From Bacteroidaceae bacterium (GTDB lineage Bacteria; Bacteroidota; Bacteroidia; Bacteroidales; Barnesiellaceae_A): a stretch of DNA of 64,000 nucleotides. The translations under genes were made by a program, and so were the position numbers. The DNA lies in contig JAGBHF010000011.1 of NCBI GenBank assembly GCA_017935645.1, positions 4,709-68,708 on the forward strand. Direction: 5' to 3'. Positions 1-10,252 of the stretch are shown one piece after another. Each line of letters begins with the position of its first letter. The stretch's first letter is position 1. A model generated the notes under the pieces. That model had not been told where the DNA came from. It did not search any database and saw only the letters and a list, made by a program, of their open reading frames with translations.

Positions 1-2
1 GG

Positions 3-251
3 AGCGCCCCTCGCAAGCGTTGGCATCTCACCCCGAGTGCGTTTGAGACTCTCGCCGAGCAACATGACCTCGAAGTCGTCAACCAACGCCACTCGACCCT
101 GATTGATACCATAACGACTCTTACCAGCGAATGGCAACAAACCGCAAAGAAGAGCCTTATGACTGCACTTCTGCACTGCATTACAAGAGCTATTAAAGGC
201 AAAGAAAATAATACATATTATATATACACACTCAAACACAAGCAACGATGA
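3..251 (+). CDS. 3' end of an unidentified CDS entering from upstream (partial)
   Basis: Frame 3 is open from the window edge to a TGA at 249-251, which overlaps the ftsX ATG (ATGA). No family recognised. The last ~60 nt are AT-rich, so coding status is uncertain. Confidence 0.3.
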   Translation, partial: SAPRKRWHLTPSAFETLAEQHDLEVVNQRHSTLIDTITTLTSEWQQTAKKSLMTALLHCITRAIKGKENNTYYIYTLKHKQR

Positions 252-1126
252 GTACTACAAAAAAGAAAAAACGATTTACATTTATCGAAGCTCGCATCAC
301 TTCTACCCTGAGTGTGTCGCTTGTACTTTTTATACTCGGCATCATGGCTATGCTGGGCATATTGGCCAATAACCTCTCGGTATATGTACGCGAAAACATA
401 GGTTTCTCTATTGTACTGAAAGATACAGCTACCGAGAACAATGTTGCACAACTACAAGCATCGCTCGCCAATGCCGAGTACGTAAAGGCGGCCCAATATA
501 TATCGAAAGAAGAGGCACTGAAAGAGGTAATGCTCGAATTGGGCGAGAATCCCGAAGAGATAGTCGGTGTCAATCCCATGCAAGCCTCAATCGAAGTACG
601 CCTCAAAGCCGACTACACACATCCCGATAGTATCATGGATATAGATCGCAAACTAAGCAAATACAGCTACGTTGAAGATATATACTTCCAAAAAGATCTT
701 ATACAGTCGGTCAACGACAACATGCGCACCATCGGATTTATACTCTTTGCTCTGGCCTTGGTGTTGATGATAATATCATACGTTCTCATCAGCAACACCA
801 TTCGTCTCACCGCATATAGTCGTCGCTTCATCATTTACACCATGAAGTTGGTAGGTGCTACACCGGGATTTATTCGCCGACCCTTTATTCTCTCCAATAT
901 ATTATGCGGTATTATTGCCGCTGTCATAGCCATCATACTGCTCACATGTTGCATATCCTATATCGTAAGCGAGTTTGACAACTTTTATACCCTCGTCGAC
1001 ACCCGCATGATGCTTATTGTCTACGGCATCGTGATGTTGCTGGGAATCCTGCTCACAGCTGTGTCGTCGTTCTTCGCTGTCAACCGATATATTGGCATGA
1101 AGCGTGATGATTTGTATTATGTATAA
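248..1126 (+). CDS. ftsX: cell division protein FtsX-like permease
   Basis: 292 aa with a basic N-terminus, one TM, a periplasmic loop and three C-terminal TMs, as in FtsX. Sits in the conserved Bacteroidales context ftsX-DUF3098-uppP. Confidence 0.85.
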   Translation: MSTTKKKKRFTFIEARITSTLSVSLVLFILGIMAMLGILANNLSVYVRENIGFSIVLKDTATENNVAQLQASLANAEYVKAAQYISKEEALKEVMLELGENPEEIVGVNPMQASIEVRLKADYTHPDSIMDIDRKLSKYSYVEDIYFQKDLIQSVNDNMRTIGFILFALALVLMIISYVLISNTIRLTAYSRRFIIYTMKLVGATPGFIRRPFILSNILCGIIAAVIAIILLTCCISYIVSEFDNFYTLVDTRMMLIVYGIVMLLGILLTAVSSFFAVNRYIGMKRDDLYYV

Positions 1127-1147
1127 ACAAAAAAATTACTAAATAAA

Positions 1148-1414
1148 ATGGAAACAAAAAAAACCACCTCGACCGAAGGTGTTGAGAAAAGCAATGCCAA
1201 AGAATTTGCTTTGGGCAAGAAAAATTATCTATTCATAGCCATATCGTTTATCCTCATAGTTGTAGGATTTGTACTGATGATGGGTAGCGGCTCGACCGAC
1301 GAAGCCTACAACCCCGACATATTCAGTACACGCCGCATTGTGATTGCCCCTACTATCACATTCATCGGTTTTGTATGCATGATTTTTGCCATTCTTCGCA
1401 AACCTAAACAATAA
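1148..1414 (+). CDS. DUF3098-type small membrane protein
   Basis: 88 aa with two TM segments. Its position between ftsX and uppP is typical of this family in Bacteroidetes. Confidence 0.7.
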   Translation: METKKTTSTEGVEKSNAKEFALGKKNYLFIAISFILIVVGFVLMMGSGSTDEAYNPDIFSTRRIVIAPTITFIGFVCMIFAILRKPKQ

Positions 1415-1434
1415 CTACATAAACATTATCACAC

Positions 1435-2238
1435 ATGAGTTGGATAGAAGCTCTTATATTAGGATTAATACAAGGACTCACCGAGTATCTTCCGGTGAGC
1501 AGTAGCGGTCACTTAACCATTGGCTCGACACTCTTCGGTATTGAAGGCGAGGAGAACTTGGCTTTTACCATTACCGTACACGTAGCAACAGTTTTCAGTA
1601 CACTCTTCATATTATGGAAAGAGGTTAGCTGGCTTTTTAAGGGTGTATTCAAATTCCAAATGAACGAGGAGACTCGCTACATGCTCAACATCATCGTATC
1701 GATGATACCCGTAGGCATTGTGGGCGTTTTCTTCAAGGATCAAGTTGAGGCTATCTTTGGCTCGGGACTTACTATCGTAGGTTGCATGCTCTTGCTCACT
1801 GCAACATTGTTGGCATTCGCCTATTATGCCAAGCCCCGCCAGAAAGAGAAAATCTCGATGCTCGATGCGTTTATCATCGGTTTGGCACAAGCATGCGCCG
1901 TAATGCCCGGACTCTCACGCTCGGGAAGCACCATTGCCACCGGTCTGTTGCTGGGTAACAAAAAAGAGAACTTGGCACAATTCTCTTTCCTCATGGTCAT
2001 TCCTCCCATCTTGGGCGAAGCTCTACTCGATGTTATCAAGATGATAGGTGGTGAGAACGTCATGGGTGACATCCCCCCTGTATCGCTTTTAGTAGGTTTC
2101 CTTGCCGCATTTGTTTCGGGTAGCCTTGCATGCAAGTGGATGATTGATATTGTCAAGAAAGGCAAACTCATATACTTTGCCATCTACTGCGCAGTAGCCG
2201 CACTATTCTGCCTCATATACGCACACTGTGCACAATAA
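1435..2238 (+). CDS. uppP: undecaprenyl-diphosphate phosphatase
   Basis: N-terminal motif [13 protein letters not shown] and the [10 protein letters not shown] motif, in a polytopic 267-aa protein. Confidence 0.92.
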   Translation: MSWIEALILGLIQGLTEYLPVSSSGHLTIGSTLFGIEGEENLAFTITVHVATVFSTLFILWKEVSWLFKGVFKFQMNEETRYMLNIIVSMIPVGIVGVFFKDQVEAIFGSGLTIVGCMLLLTATLLAFAYYAKPRQKEKISMLDAFIIGLAQACAVMPGLSRSGSTIATGLLLGNKKENLAQFSFLMVIPPILGEALLDVIKMIGGENVMGDIPPVSLLVGFLAAFVSGSLACKWMIDIVKKGKLIYFAIYCAVAALFCLIYAHCAQ

Positions 2239-2247
2239 CATTGCGCC

Positions 2248-2967
2248 ATGAACTTTACCGAAGGTGAGATTTTTTATATCAACAAGCCCCTGCGCTGGAC
2301 ATCGTTTGACGCTGTAAAACGTGTAAGAACAGGTATATTGCGTCGCTTGCAACGCAAGAAAATTAAGGTGGGTCATGCCGGCACACTCGACCCGTTGGCC
2401 ACCGGTGTAATGATTATATGCACCGGAAAGGCAACCAAGCAGATAGACTCACTACAGGCTCAAACCAAAGAGTATATTGCAACCTTGCAATTGGGAGCAA
2501 CCACTCCCTCTTTCGATTTAGAGACCGAGATTGATGCAACCTACCCCCACGAGCACATCACTCGTGAATTGATAGAGGCAACTCTTCCCCAATTTACCGG
2601 TACTATACAACAAGTCCCCCCAGCATTCTCGGCTTGCAAGGTCAACGGTACTCGTGCCTACAAGATGGCCCGCAAAGGCAAAGAGGTAGAACTCAAAGCC
2701 AAGGAGCTCGTTATAGATGAAATAGAGTTGCTCGACTTTACCTCTCCCGTGGCCAAGATACGAGTTGTGTGCAGCAAAGGTACATACATACGCGCATTGG
2801 CACGCGACATAGGAGAAGCGCTCAACAGTGGCGCTCACCTCATAGCCCTTGAGCGCACCCGCGTAGGCGATGTTCGCATCGAAGATTGCCTCAACATCGA
2901 CGCCATAGATGCCCTGCTTCAAGTAGCAGTTGTCGAGGACGAAGATGCCATTATCCAAGATAAGTAA
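2248..2967 (+). CDS. truB: tRNA pseudouridine(55) synthase
   Basis: KVGHAGTLDPLATGV catalytic-Asp motif and a TruB-like length of 239 aa. Confidence 0.92.
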   Translation: MNFTEGEIFYINKPLRWTSFDAVKRVRTGILRRLQRKKIKVGHAGTLDPLATGVMIICTGKATKQIDSLQAQTKEYIATLQLGATTPSFDLETEIDATYPHEHITRELIEATLPQFTGTIQQVPPAFSACKVNGTRAYKMARKGKEVELKAKELVIDEIELLDFTSPVAKIRVVCSKGTYIRALARDIGEALNSGAHLIALERTRVGDVRIEDCLNIDAIDALLQVAVVEDEDAIIQDK

Positions 2968-2990
2968 TAACATAAGATAAAATTTACGAA

Positions 2991-4040
2991 ATGAAACTTT
3001 CGCAATTTAAGTTTAAACTTCCCGAGGAGCAAATAGCCCTCCACCCTGCCAAGAATCGTGACGAATCGCGTTTGATGGTTATCAACCGCAAGACCGGCGA
3101 GATTGAGCACCACATCTTCAAGGAGATTATCAACTATTATGACGACAAAGACCTCTTTGTTTTCAATGACACCCGCGTATTTCCCGCTCGCCTCATTGGT
3201 AACAAAGAGAAGACCGGCGCCAAAATCGAAGTTTTTCTCCTTCGCGAGTTGAACGAAGAGAATCGCTTATGGGACGTATTGGTCGAACCCGCACGCAAGA
3301 TTCGTATAGGCAATAAACTTTACTTCGGCGAGGATGACTCAATGGTAGCCGAGGTTATCGACAACACAACATCTCGCGGTCGCACGCTACGATTTCTCTA
3401 TGATGGCCCGCATGACGAGTTCAAGCAAGCATTGTATCAACTCGGCGAGACACCCCTGCCCATGTACATCAATCGCGAAGTTGAACCCGAAGATGCCGAA
3501 CGCTATCAATGTATCTTTGCACGCCACGAAGGTGCTGTAGTAACACCGGCTGCCGGTTTGCACTTCAGTCGCGAGTTGTTCAAGCGCATGGAGATTAAAG
3601 GTATCGAAAGTGGCTTTGTAACACTCCACTCGGGCTTGGGTAACTTCCGCGAAATAGACGTTGAAGACCTCACCAAGCACAAGATGGACTCGGAGCAACT
3701 CATCGTTACACCCGACTTTGTCAAACAACTCAACACAACAAAAGACGAAGGTCACAAAGTGTGCGCCATAGGCACATCGGTATTGCGAGCACTCGAAACA
3801 GCTGTGAGCACCAATGGTCATGTTAAGTCGTACGACGGCTGGACCAACAAATTCATCTTCCCGCCCTACGACTTCACTGTTGCCAACAGTCTTGTGTCAA
3901 ACTTCCACATGCCCTACTCTACCATGCTCATGATGGTAGCGGCATTCGGTGGCTACGAAATCGTATTCGAAGCATACAATATCGCTCTTAAAGAGGGCTA
4001 CCGCTTTGGTGCATACGGCGATGCCATGCTTATTTTGTAA
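2991..4040 (+). CDS. queA: S-adenosylmethionine:tRNA ribosyltransferase-isomerase
   Basis: [21 protein letters not shown]-terminus and the C-terminal [15 protein letters not shown] / [12 protein letters not shown] motifs characteristic of QueA. Confidence 0.93.
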   Translation: MKLSQFKFKLPEEQIALHPAKNRDESRLMVINRKTGEIEHHIFKEIINYYDDKDLFVFNDTRVFPARLIGNKEKTGAKIEVFLLRELNEENRLWDVLVEPARKIRIGNKLYFGEDDSMVAEVIDNTTSRGRTLRFLYDGPHDEFKQALYQLGETPLPMYINREVEPEDAERYQCIFARHEGAVVTPAAGLHFSRELFKRMEIKGIESGFVTLHSGLGNFREIDVEDLTKHKMDSEQLIVTPDFVKQLNTTKDEGHKVCAIGTSVLRALETAVSTNGHVKSYDGWTNKFIFPPYDFTVANSLVSNFHMPYSTMLMMVAAFGGYEIVFEAYNIALKEGYRFGAYGDAMLIL

Positions 4041-4066
4041 CATTTACAGGAGCTGACATACACAAG

Positions 4067-4097
4067 AGAGGGGGCTTCCATGATGGAAGCCCCCTCT
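4067..4097. terminator. bidirectional rho-independent terminator between convergent queA and the T9SS cargo gene
   Basis: Perfect 15-bp arms AGAGGGGGCTTCCAT / ATGGAAGCCCCCTCT around a single central G, followed by TGCTTTTAT. Confidence 0.8.
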
Positions 4098-4125
4098 TGC
4101 TTTTATCAATATGTTTACCGAGTTA

Positions 4126-7100
4126 TTATCTCACGACAAACTTGTATGTTGCACAACCGGTAGTTGTATACACCTTAACAATATATACTCCGGCTACACA
4201 ATCGGCCACTGACAATCGGTAAAGGTCTCTACCATTAACCTTGTCGGCAAACAAGAGTTGTCCTTGCACATTGTACAGTTCGACTCTTTGCATAACCTCA
4301 TCAGCGGCATTGATGGTTACCACTTGCTCGGCTACATTATAACGCATAACGACCTCGCCATTGTCAACGGCATCAACACTGCCAAGTCCATCGCCCTTAA
4401 TAGCAATATCGTCGACCATGAGACATACATTCTTAAATCTTTCGCCGATGTATTGAATGGCAACATATACATCCTTCTTGTCATAAGCCGACAGATCGAC
4501 TGTAACAAGACCCCACTCCTCAACAGGTGCCAGACGTACCGAGTCGCCTACAATTGTGAAGCTGTCGAAGTTGTCATCGGTAGTCGAAATCCATATACGA
4601 TAAGGCTCCTCAGCAAAGTCCATATTCTCCAACATGCGAGTCTTAACATATAACTCAAGCGTTGAGTTTGTACCCAAAGTCAATTGGGGTGAAATCAACC
4701 ACGCATCGCTGAAAGAAGTATACGACTCATATCCGACACAGAACACAGCACCAAAACGCTCGCCTGCATGAGGATAGAATCCGGGAAGATTCTCTTCCGT
4801 AATAACCGGCTTGGTGGCATTGATATTGAAGGCCATGAAACCGACTGGTTCGCCACGATAGGGATGTTCAAACATCCAATAGTAGTCGGTAGGTTCACCA
4901 ACACGGTCAACGGTGCGCCATTTCGGATTAAAGACGTCGGGTGCGGCATCAAAATCATAGCAATTCTCAAAGTCCATCACATAACGGTCGGCTTCCTCTA
5001 CCGACACCAAAGTTGCGGTATAAGTATCATTGTTCGGATTTTCATCACCATCCAAAGACGCTGTGATAGTTACAAGATAATCACCGGTAGCCGACAAGTC
5101 AAAAGCTCCAAAGTCAACAACACAAGTCTCATAAGGCAGGAGTTGCAACTCTTTGGTCACTTCTACCTCATTAACCTTACATACCACACTAAACGCAGCA
5201 TCGATAGCTCCCATATTCTTTACTCGGGCTTGTATGGTTTCACTTGAAGAGAAGAGAGTCGATTTCTTAACCGGTGTCACCATCGATACAACAGCAACAT
5301 CTTTATCATATGCGACTGCATCATGACCAAAGTTTGCTCTTATTATCAGGCCGGCACCGCTCACCTTTGTAAGCACACCGTCCACGTTTTGGTAACAATA
5401 GTTCTCAGGACTTATACTTGCTCCTATACCCATATTGTTGCTACACAATTGTTGCACCTCAATATAATATTTACCGGGTTGCATCTTTATAGGATCTACA
5501 CGATAGGTAACAAAACCACCCAGACCTCTCTCGAACTCGGTAAGATATAATTGACGGTCAATCGTCAAATCATCATTGAGACGATATACAGCGAGTCCCA
5601 CCTTGTCTGTAACCACAGGTTCCGACTCATCATATACATCTCCCCATCCAAGGGTTACAGAAGAGAGTACATCGGCAACCGACAACTCATAGACATTACC
5701 TATATACAATCCTTCGCCATATTGTCCGGTAGCATCTTCAATGGTTTCTACCCCCTCCGATGCATAGAGTGTATCGGTAACATTTACCTTTGCCAAGGTA
5801 TAGATATTATCACCCTCATAGGCATCTTGTATATCACTCGTTACCGACATGGCAAATTGAAGTACATCACCCACGGTCGGACGAGTAAGTGTAGCTTTCA
5901 CCGGGACAAATACAGTCTCATCCATAGCAATACTTGACAATGGCTCGGAAGTAGCAATTGTTTCGCCATCGAGCATTAATGAAGCCTTAACACCGGTCAT
6001 AGGCTCGGTACCTCGGTTATTGATTTCGGCAACAAATACAACATCACCTTCAAGTTGCGATTGCGGTGTATACATACTCATGGGAGCCTCAACACTACAC
6101 AAGCGCAAGTCATTGGCAAGAAGTTCCGACAGTGTCATCTCACCAAGATACAATGTTCCATATTCATCCGATGTACTGGCTATAAGAATACTGTAATGAT
6201 CCTTCTCTGCAATAGGTATAACAATCTCTACCTCATCACTCGTCTCTATAGGTCGTTTTTCATATATAACGGTATATGTCGACACATCTGCACCGGCTTT
6301 ACCATAGGCGATAGTGATACCGGCAGGTTCCCATCCACCATTGGCATACTGTATCTTAAGGCGCAAAGGATTGCTACACTCGAAGCATCGCGACAAGAGT
6401 CCATTCTCAATACCCGATACTTCTGTTCCAAATCTTCCGAACATCTCATCAAGTTCCCATGTACCGGGGTTCATTTCGGTCCAATAAAGGTCATAATTTT
6501 CACCTGTACTGAAATTGACATTGATAGGCAATTGGGTATAAGGCTCATAGTTATTTACCACAGCCGACAATGAACTCTCGACCTCGGTTTTGCATGCAGC
6601 CTCTACAAGTACTTCATAACTTCCTATTTCTGAGAAGTCGGCTCGGGTCTCAAAATAATAGGTGGCTGTTTCGGTAGGTTGCAATGCAGCAGTAAATGTC
6701 TCCGATACCGAGGCGTTATCACCCACTTTATAAGTCAAGGTAAAAGTCTCTGTTGCACCTGTTCCTATGTTGGTCAACATGGCACCAATCACACTTTGAT
6801 CTGAAAGGTCACAGTTGGAATAAGGTAGAATTACCTTATCAACTCGCAACATAGGTGATACCTCAAACTCACCTGCGCCCACTATAACTTCGTCAATAAA
6901 TAGGTTCATTCCATCAACCGAACGATTGCGGAATGCGATATAATAAACACCCTCGGTAGGAACGGTAAAGTTTATTACCTTCTTTACCCAATCGGTTGTA
7001 GCCACACCATACTCTGCCAAAGTTGTCATGGTAGTCACATCACTACTTGAGCCATACAACACATCAAGCAACTCGGTAGTCATTTCATTGATACAACGCG

Positions 7101-8301
7101 TATTGAAAATAATATGGTTATCACCCGCATTGAAATACAATGGAACCGAAACCAGATAGTCATTACTTATACAATCGCCCATCCAGCATCCGGTACAACT
7201 AACTACACCATACTCGCCATCTGCTCCTGCTTGCCATTCATTATACTGCCAAGTATTGCCATCGGCATTTACATCCAATACACTCCAGTCCGACTCCAAT
7301 ACTTCGGCTCCGGCGGTCGAGAAGTCACATATATATGGCAATTGTGACACACCTATATGTTTACACTTAGCCGACACGGTATTGTTATTGGCTATCATAT
7401 CACCTTCGAGAGTAACCCAAGCCTTCACCTCGTACTGCTTCTCTTCCGACATGTCGGCCTTGGTAGTAAAGGTGTATGAAACTTTTTCTTGCGATGCCAA
7501 TTCTGAAGTATACACTTCATTCACCACATCACCTTCGTTTATCTGATATGAAACAGTAAATTGCGAAATGGGTTGAGAGCCACGGTTGACAATCTCTACA
7601 GTAATATCCTCGCTATTGGTAAGCTCCATACCATTGGCTGGGAGTGTTATCGACGTAAGTGCAGCATCTACTTCTGTATATAATTGTACAACGGGGAAGT
7701 AACCAACGAATCCATCATTATCATATTCGGCGTATTCAACCAAGAAGCGATAAGAGCATCCACCCTTGAACTCAAAGTCGTCAAAGTTCGAGAAGTCGCC
7801 CTTTGCCAAGATAAGACCATCACCCGGACAAGGATACAATACGATAAAGTCATATACACCGGCCGGTATCTGTATAGCCTCTTCTCCATCCAATATGACA
7901 TTGGTTGTCGTTTCGCTTGCATCGGCATTGGTGGGTATCTTATACTCAAAGTAGTCGTATGAGTCATAGTATCCCTGTGACCAATCATAGATATATTCGC
8001 CATATACCGAGTGATCGGCATCAAGCAAAAGTTGGAAACCCAATTGTGCAAACTCACCAAATACTTTGTGGGCTTCCAATATTACCTCTGCCTTGTCGGC
8101 AGGAATTTCACTATTAGACTGTTGAACACACACTACGCGACGGGCTGCTTTTTTCATCAGGCTGTGCGCTCTGAGTGTTTGACCTGTCAATTGCTCATTT
8201 GAAGGAGTCGTGTTGGCAACCTTCAGTTCTGAGAAATTGACTGCTTGTCCTATTGCCAATGAGGCACTGAGGAACATGGCTGAAAGTAAAAATTTTCTCA
8301 T
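4126..8301 (-). CDS. very large secreted multidomain adhesin-like protein with a T9SS C-terminal sorting domain
   Basis: 1391 aa. Signal peptide MRKFLLSAMFLSASLAIGQA. About four CARDB-like segments (for example ITVEIVNRGSQPISQFTVSY and VAEINNRGTEPMTGVKA). Choice-of-anchor-J / cleaved-adhesin-like modules (DAWLISPQL...VYVAIQY...MVDDIAIKG). C-terminus VELYNVQGQLL...GVYIVKVYTTTGCATYKFVVR is typical of T9SS CTDs. Confidence 0.8.
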   Translation of the reverse strand: MRKFLLSAMFLSASLAIGQAVNFSELKVANTTPSNEQLTGQTLRAHSLMKKAARRVVCVQQSNSEIPADKAEVILEAHKVFGEFAQLGFQLLLDADHSVYGEYIYDWSQGYYDSYDYFEYKIPTNADASETTTNVILDGEEAIQIPAGVYDFIVLYPCPGDGLILAKGDFSNFDDFEFKGGCSYRFLVEYAEYDNDGFVGYFPVVQLYTEVDAALTSITLPANGMELTNSEDITVEIVNRGSQPISQFTVSYQINEGDVVNEVYTSELASQEKVSYTFTTKADMSEEKQYEVKAWVTLEGDMIANNNTVSAKCKHIGVSQLPYICDFSTAGAEVLESDWSVLDVNADGNTWQYNEWQAGADGEYGVVSCTGCWMGDCISNDYLVSVPLYFNAGDNHIIFNTRCINEMTTELLDVLYGSSSDVTTMTTLAEYGVATTDWVKKVINFTVPTEGVYYIAFRNRSVDGMNLFIDEVIVGAGEFEVSPMLRVDKVILPYSNCDLSDQSVIGAMLTNIGTGATETFTLTYKVGDNASVSETFTAALQPTETATYYFETRADFSEIGSYEVLVEAACKTEVESSLSAVVNNYEPYTQLPINVNFSTGENYDLYWTEMNPGTWELDEMFGRFGTEVSGIENGLLSRCFECSNPLRLKIQYANGGWEPAGITIAYGKAGADVSTYTVIYEKRPIETSDEVEIVIPIAEKDHYSILIASTSDEYGTLYLGEMTLSELLANDLRLCSVEAPMSMYTPQSQLEGDVVFVAEINNRGTEPMTGVKASLMLDGETIATSEPLSSIAMDETVFVPVKATLTRPTVGDVLQFAMSVTSDIQDAYEGDNIYTLAKVNVTDTLYASEGVETIEDATGQYGEGLYIGNVYELSVADVLSSVTLGWGDVYDESEPVVTDKVGLAVYRLNDDLTIDRQLYLTEFERGLGGFVTYRVDPIKMQPGKYYIEVQQLCSNNMGIGASISPENYCYQNVDGVLTKVSGAGLIIRANFGHDAVAYDKDVAVVSMVTPVKKSTLFSSSETIQARVKNMGAIDAAFSVVCKVNEVEVTKELQLLPYETCVVDFGAFDLSATGDYLVTITASLDGDENPNNDTYTATLVSVEEADRYVMDFENCYDFDAAPDVFNPKWRTVDRVGEPTDYYWMFEHPYRGEPVGFMAFNINATKPVITEENLPGFYPHAGERFGAVFCVGYESYTSFSDAWLISPQLTLGTNSTLELYVKTRMLENMDFAEEPYRIWISTTDDNFDSFTIVGDSVRLAPVEEWGLVTVDLSAYDKKDVYVAIQYIGERFKNVCLMVDDIAIKGDGLGSVDAVDNGEVVMRYNVAEQVVTINAADEVMQRVELYNVQGQLLFADKVNGRDLYRLSVADCVAGVYIVKVYTTTGCATYKFVVR

Positions 8302-8365
8302 AAACCTACAATTTTATGTTTTTTATAAAGTATTTGTGTGCAATATTAAGAAATTTTCTTTACTA

Positions 8366-8410
8366 TATCAATTTTATATAATAGACAAATAATAGACATC
8401 TATCAATTTT
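8366..8410. repeat. nested direct repeats X-Y-Y-X (X=TATCAATTTT, Y=ATAATAGACA) in a divergent promoter region; candidate regulator binding sites
   Basis: X at 8366-8375 and 8401-8410. Y at 8378-8387 and 8389-8398, an 11-bp period. All four copies are exact. Confidence 0.4.
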
Positions 8411-8434
8411 TGAAAAATTTACTACCTTTGCAAT

Positions 8435-10150
8435 ATGAAGAGTCGCTTATATATAACAGTTATTGCGCTATTTATACTTTTATCACATACGCAAGCCCAA
8501 TATCGCTATCAATGGAGCGATATTGAGCCTCGATTTGATTCTATTGCCAACCTGCTCGACCAAGCGACATTTAACGATGAGCCCCGCAAGCAACAATACA
8601 ATCATATCAAACAATTATATAACATAGCTCAAGAAAGTCAAAATCAACAACTACTGGCGCGGGCCAATTATTGGGCGGCATGGAGCATCTCAAAAGTAAA
8701 TATCGATTCAACAGCTATCCTGCTCGACAAAGCCTTTGCGCAAGCCGACTCTTCACGCTATCCCTACGACCAAGCTCGACTCAGATTTCTTAAGGGTGTC
8801 GTTTTTCAATCACAAGGTGAATGGTCATACGCCTACCAAATCTATAAAGAACAAGAAAACTTCTTTGCACAATGTGGCGATCGCTTTTCACAAGCCAAGG
8901 TAACGGTGTGCATGGGTACCGTTCTGCAAGAACTCAACGAATATAAAAAGGCTCTCGAGTATTACCGCAACAGCAGCCATTTGTTTGAGAGCATAGGTTG
9001 TATCAACTGTTATACAAAAAACCAAATCAACATTAGTAACATCCTATACCTCTTGGGGCAAAAAGAAGATGCGCTGAAAATACTTGAAGACTTGGAACAA
9101 AACAGCATTACTCAACAGGACACATTATATATGGCCAATGTTCTCATATCTCTATTCTGTGTATCCGACCAACAAATAAGTTATGCCCCATATAAGGCTC
9201 ACCGATTAATGGAAGAGATGGGATTTCGCCCATTGTATCCTCTTACATTGCTCTCAATAGGTCGAGACAAGCTCAACCGACAAGAGAATGACAGCGCCCT
9301 ATACTACTTCGATCGAGCTTGGAACGAAGCTCTTCAAAACAACGACATCTACCACATGTCCGAGATATTGCAAGGCTTGTCATCGGTATATAGCATAATG
9401 AATAATGCCGATAGCGCCTACCACTACCTCCTATATGCCAATACCATTCGCGACACACTCTTAAGCAAAGAGAAAATTTCAGAACTCAATCGCATTGAAA
9501 ACCGAGCTACTATCGAACAATACGAAGCCGGTCTCCTTGCCGAACATAAAAAGAATGAATACAGACGCAACATCGCTACGACAATATGCTTGTTCTTGGC
9601 ACTCGTGTCGGTATTGCTTTGTTACATCTTTTGGTTGGCCAAACGCAAGGCTGGTATGAGCGAACAACTAAAAATAGCCGAAAACCGAGAATTGCAACTT
9701 CTCAACAATCAATATAGAATAGAAATAGAGTCTAAGAACCGCGAATTGGCCTCAAATACCCTCATTCTGGCACAAAAAAATTCACGACTCAAGGACTTAT
9801 ACGAGCAGATAGAACAGCTCAAAGAACAAGGTACACTGCCCGACAAAGAGAGCGAAGAGATAAAAAGCAACATACATTCACAACTCATCTCCGACGATTG
9901 GCAATACTTTATTTTACACTTTGAGCAGGCACATCCCCACTTCCTGACAAGGCTCAAGGAACAATATAGCTGTCTGAGCGAAAACGAATTGCGCATGTGC
10001 GCCTACATCCGTATAGGTATGAGTAGTAAAGAGATAGCCCAAGTACTATCGGTACAGCCCGAAACCATCAATACCTCGAGGTACCGCATTCGTAAGAAAT
10101 TAGGGCTAACCGCTAAGACTTCATTGGAGGACATCCTTCGCAACATCTGA
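8435..10150 (+). CDS. membrane-spanning TPR-repeat / LuxR-family HTH transcriptional regulator
   Basis: Signal peptide, TPR-like repeats (NEYKKALEYYRNS), one TM (IATTICLFLALVSVLLCYIFWLA), a coiled coil, and a C-terminal LuxR HTH (LSENELRMCAYIRIGMSSKEIAQVLSVQPETINTSRYRIRKKLGL). Confidence 0.78.
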   Translation: MKSRLYITVIALFILLSHTQAQYRYQWSDIEPRFDSIANLLDQATFNDEPRKQQYNHIKQLYNIAQESQNQQLLARANYWAAWSISKVNIDSTAILLDKAFAQADSSRYPYDQARLRFLKGVVFQSQGEWSYAYQIYKEQENFFAQCGDRFSQAKVTVCMGTVLQELNEYKKALEYYRNSSHLFESIGCINCYTKNQINISNILYLLGQKEDALKILEDLEQNSITQQDTLYMANVLISLFCVSDQQISYAPYKAHRLMEEMGFRPLYPLTLLSIGRDKLNRQENDSALYYFDRAWNEALQNNDIYHMSEILQGLSSVYSIMNNADSAYHYLLYANTIRDTLLSKEKISELNRIENRATIEQYEAGLLAEHKKNEYRRNIATTICLFLALVSVLLCYIFWLAKRKAGMSEQLKIAENRELQLLNNQYRIEIESKNRELASNTLILAQKNSRLKDLYEQIEQLKEQGTLPDKESEEIKSNIHSQLISDDWQYFILHFEQAHPHFLTRLKEQYSCLSENELRMCAYIRIGMSSKEIAQVLSVQPETINTSRYRIRKKLGLTAKTSLEDILRNI

Positions 10151-10221
10151 CATACCTACACAAATTTAACACATTAACATAATTTACCGCGCATTTAACT
10201 ATCAATATGCGCTATAACTCA

Positions 10222-10229
10222 TATCTTTG
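10222..10229 (+). promoter_or_regulatory. -7 promoter box (TAnnTTTG) for the zinc metallopeptidase gene
   Basis: TATCTTTG, 23 nt upstream of the ATG at 10253. Confidence 0.5.
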
Positions 10230-10252
10230 TCAACAATTAATAACAACACATT

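Noticed and set aside
1156-1163. An A8 homopolymer near the 5' end of the DUF3098 gene as a possible phase-variation tract.
   Set aside because: It encodes part of a Lys-rich N-terminus (ETKKT) and is short for slipped-strand switching. The gene sits in a conserved housekeeping operon, and there is no supporting evidence.
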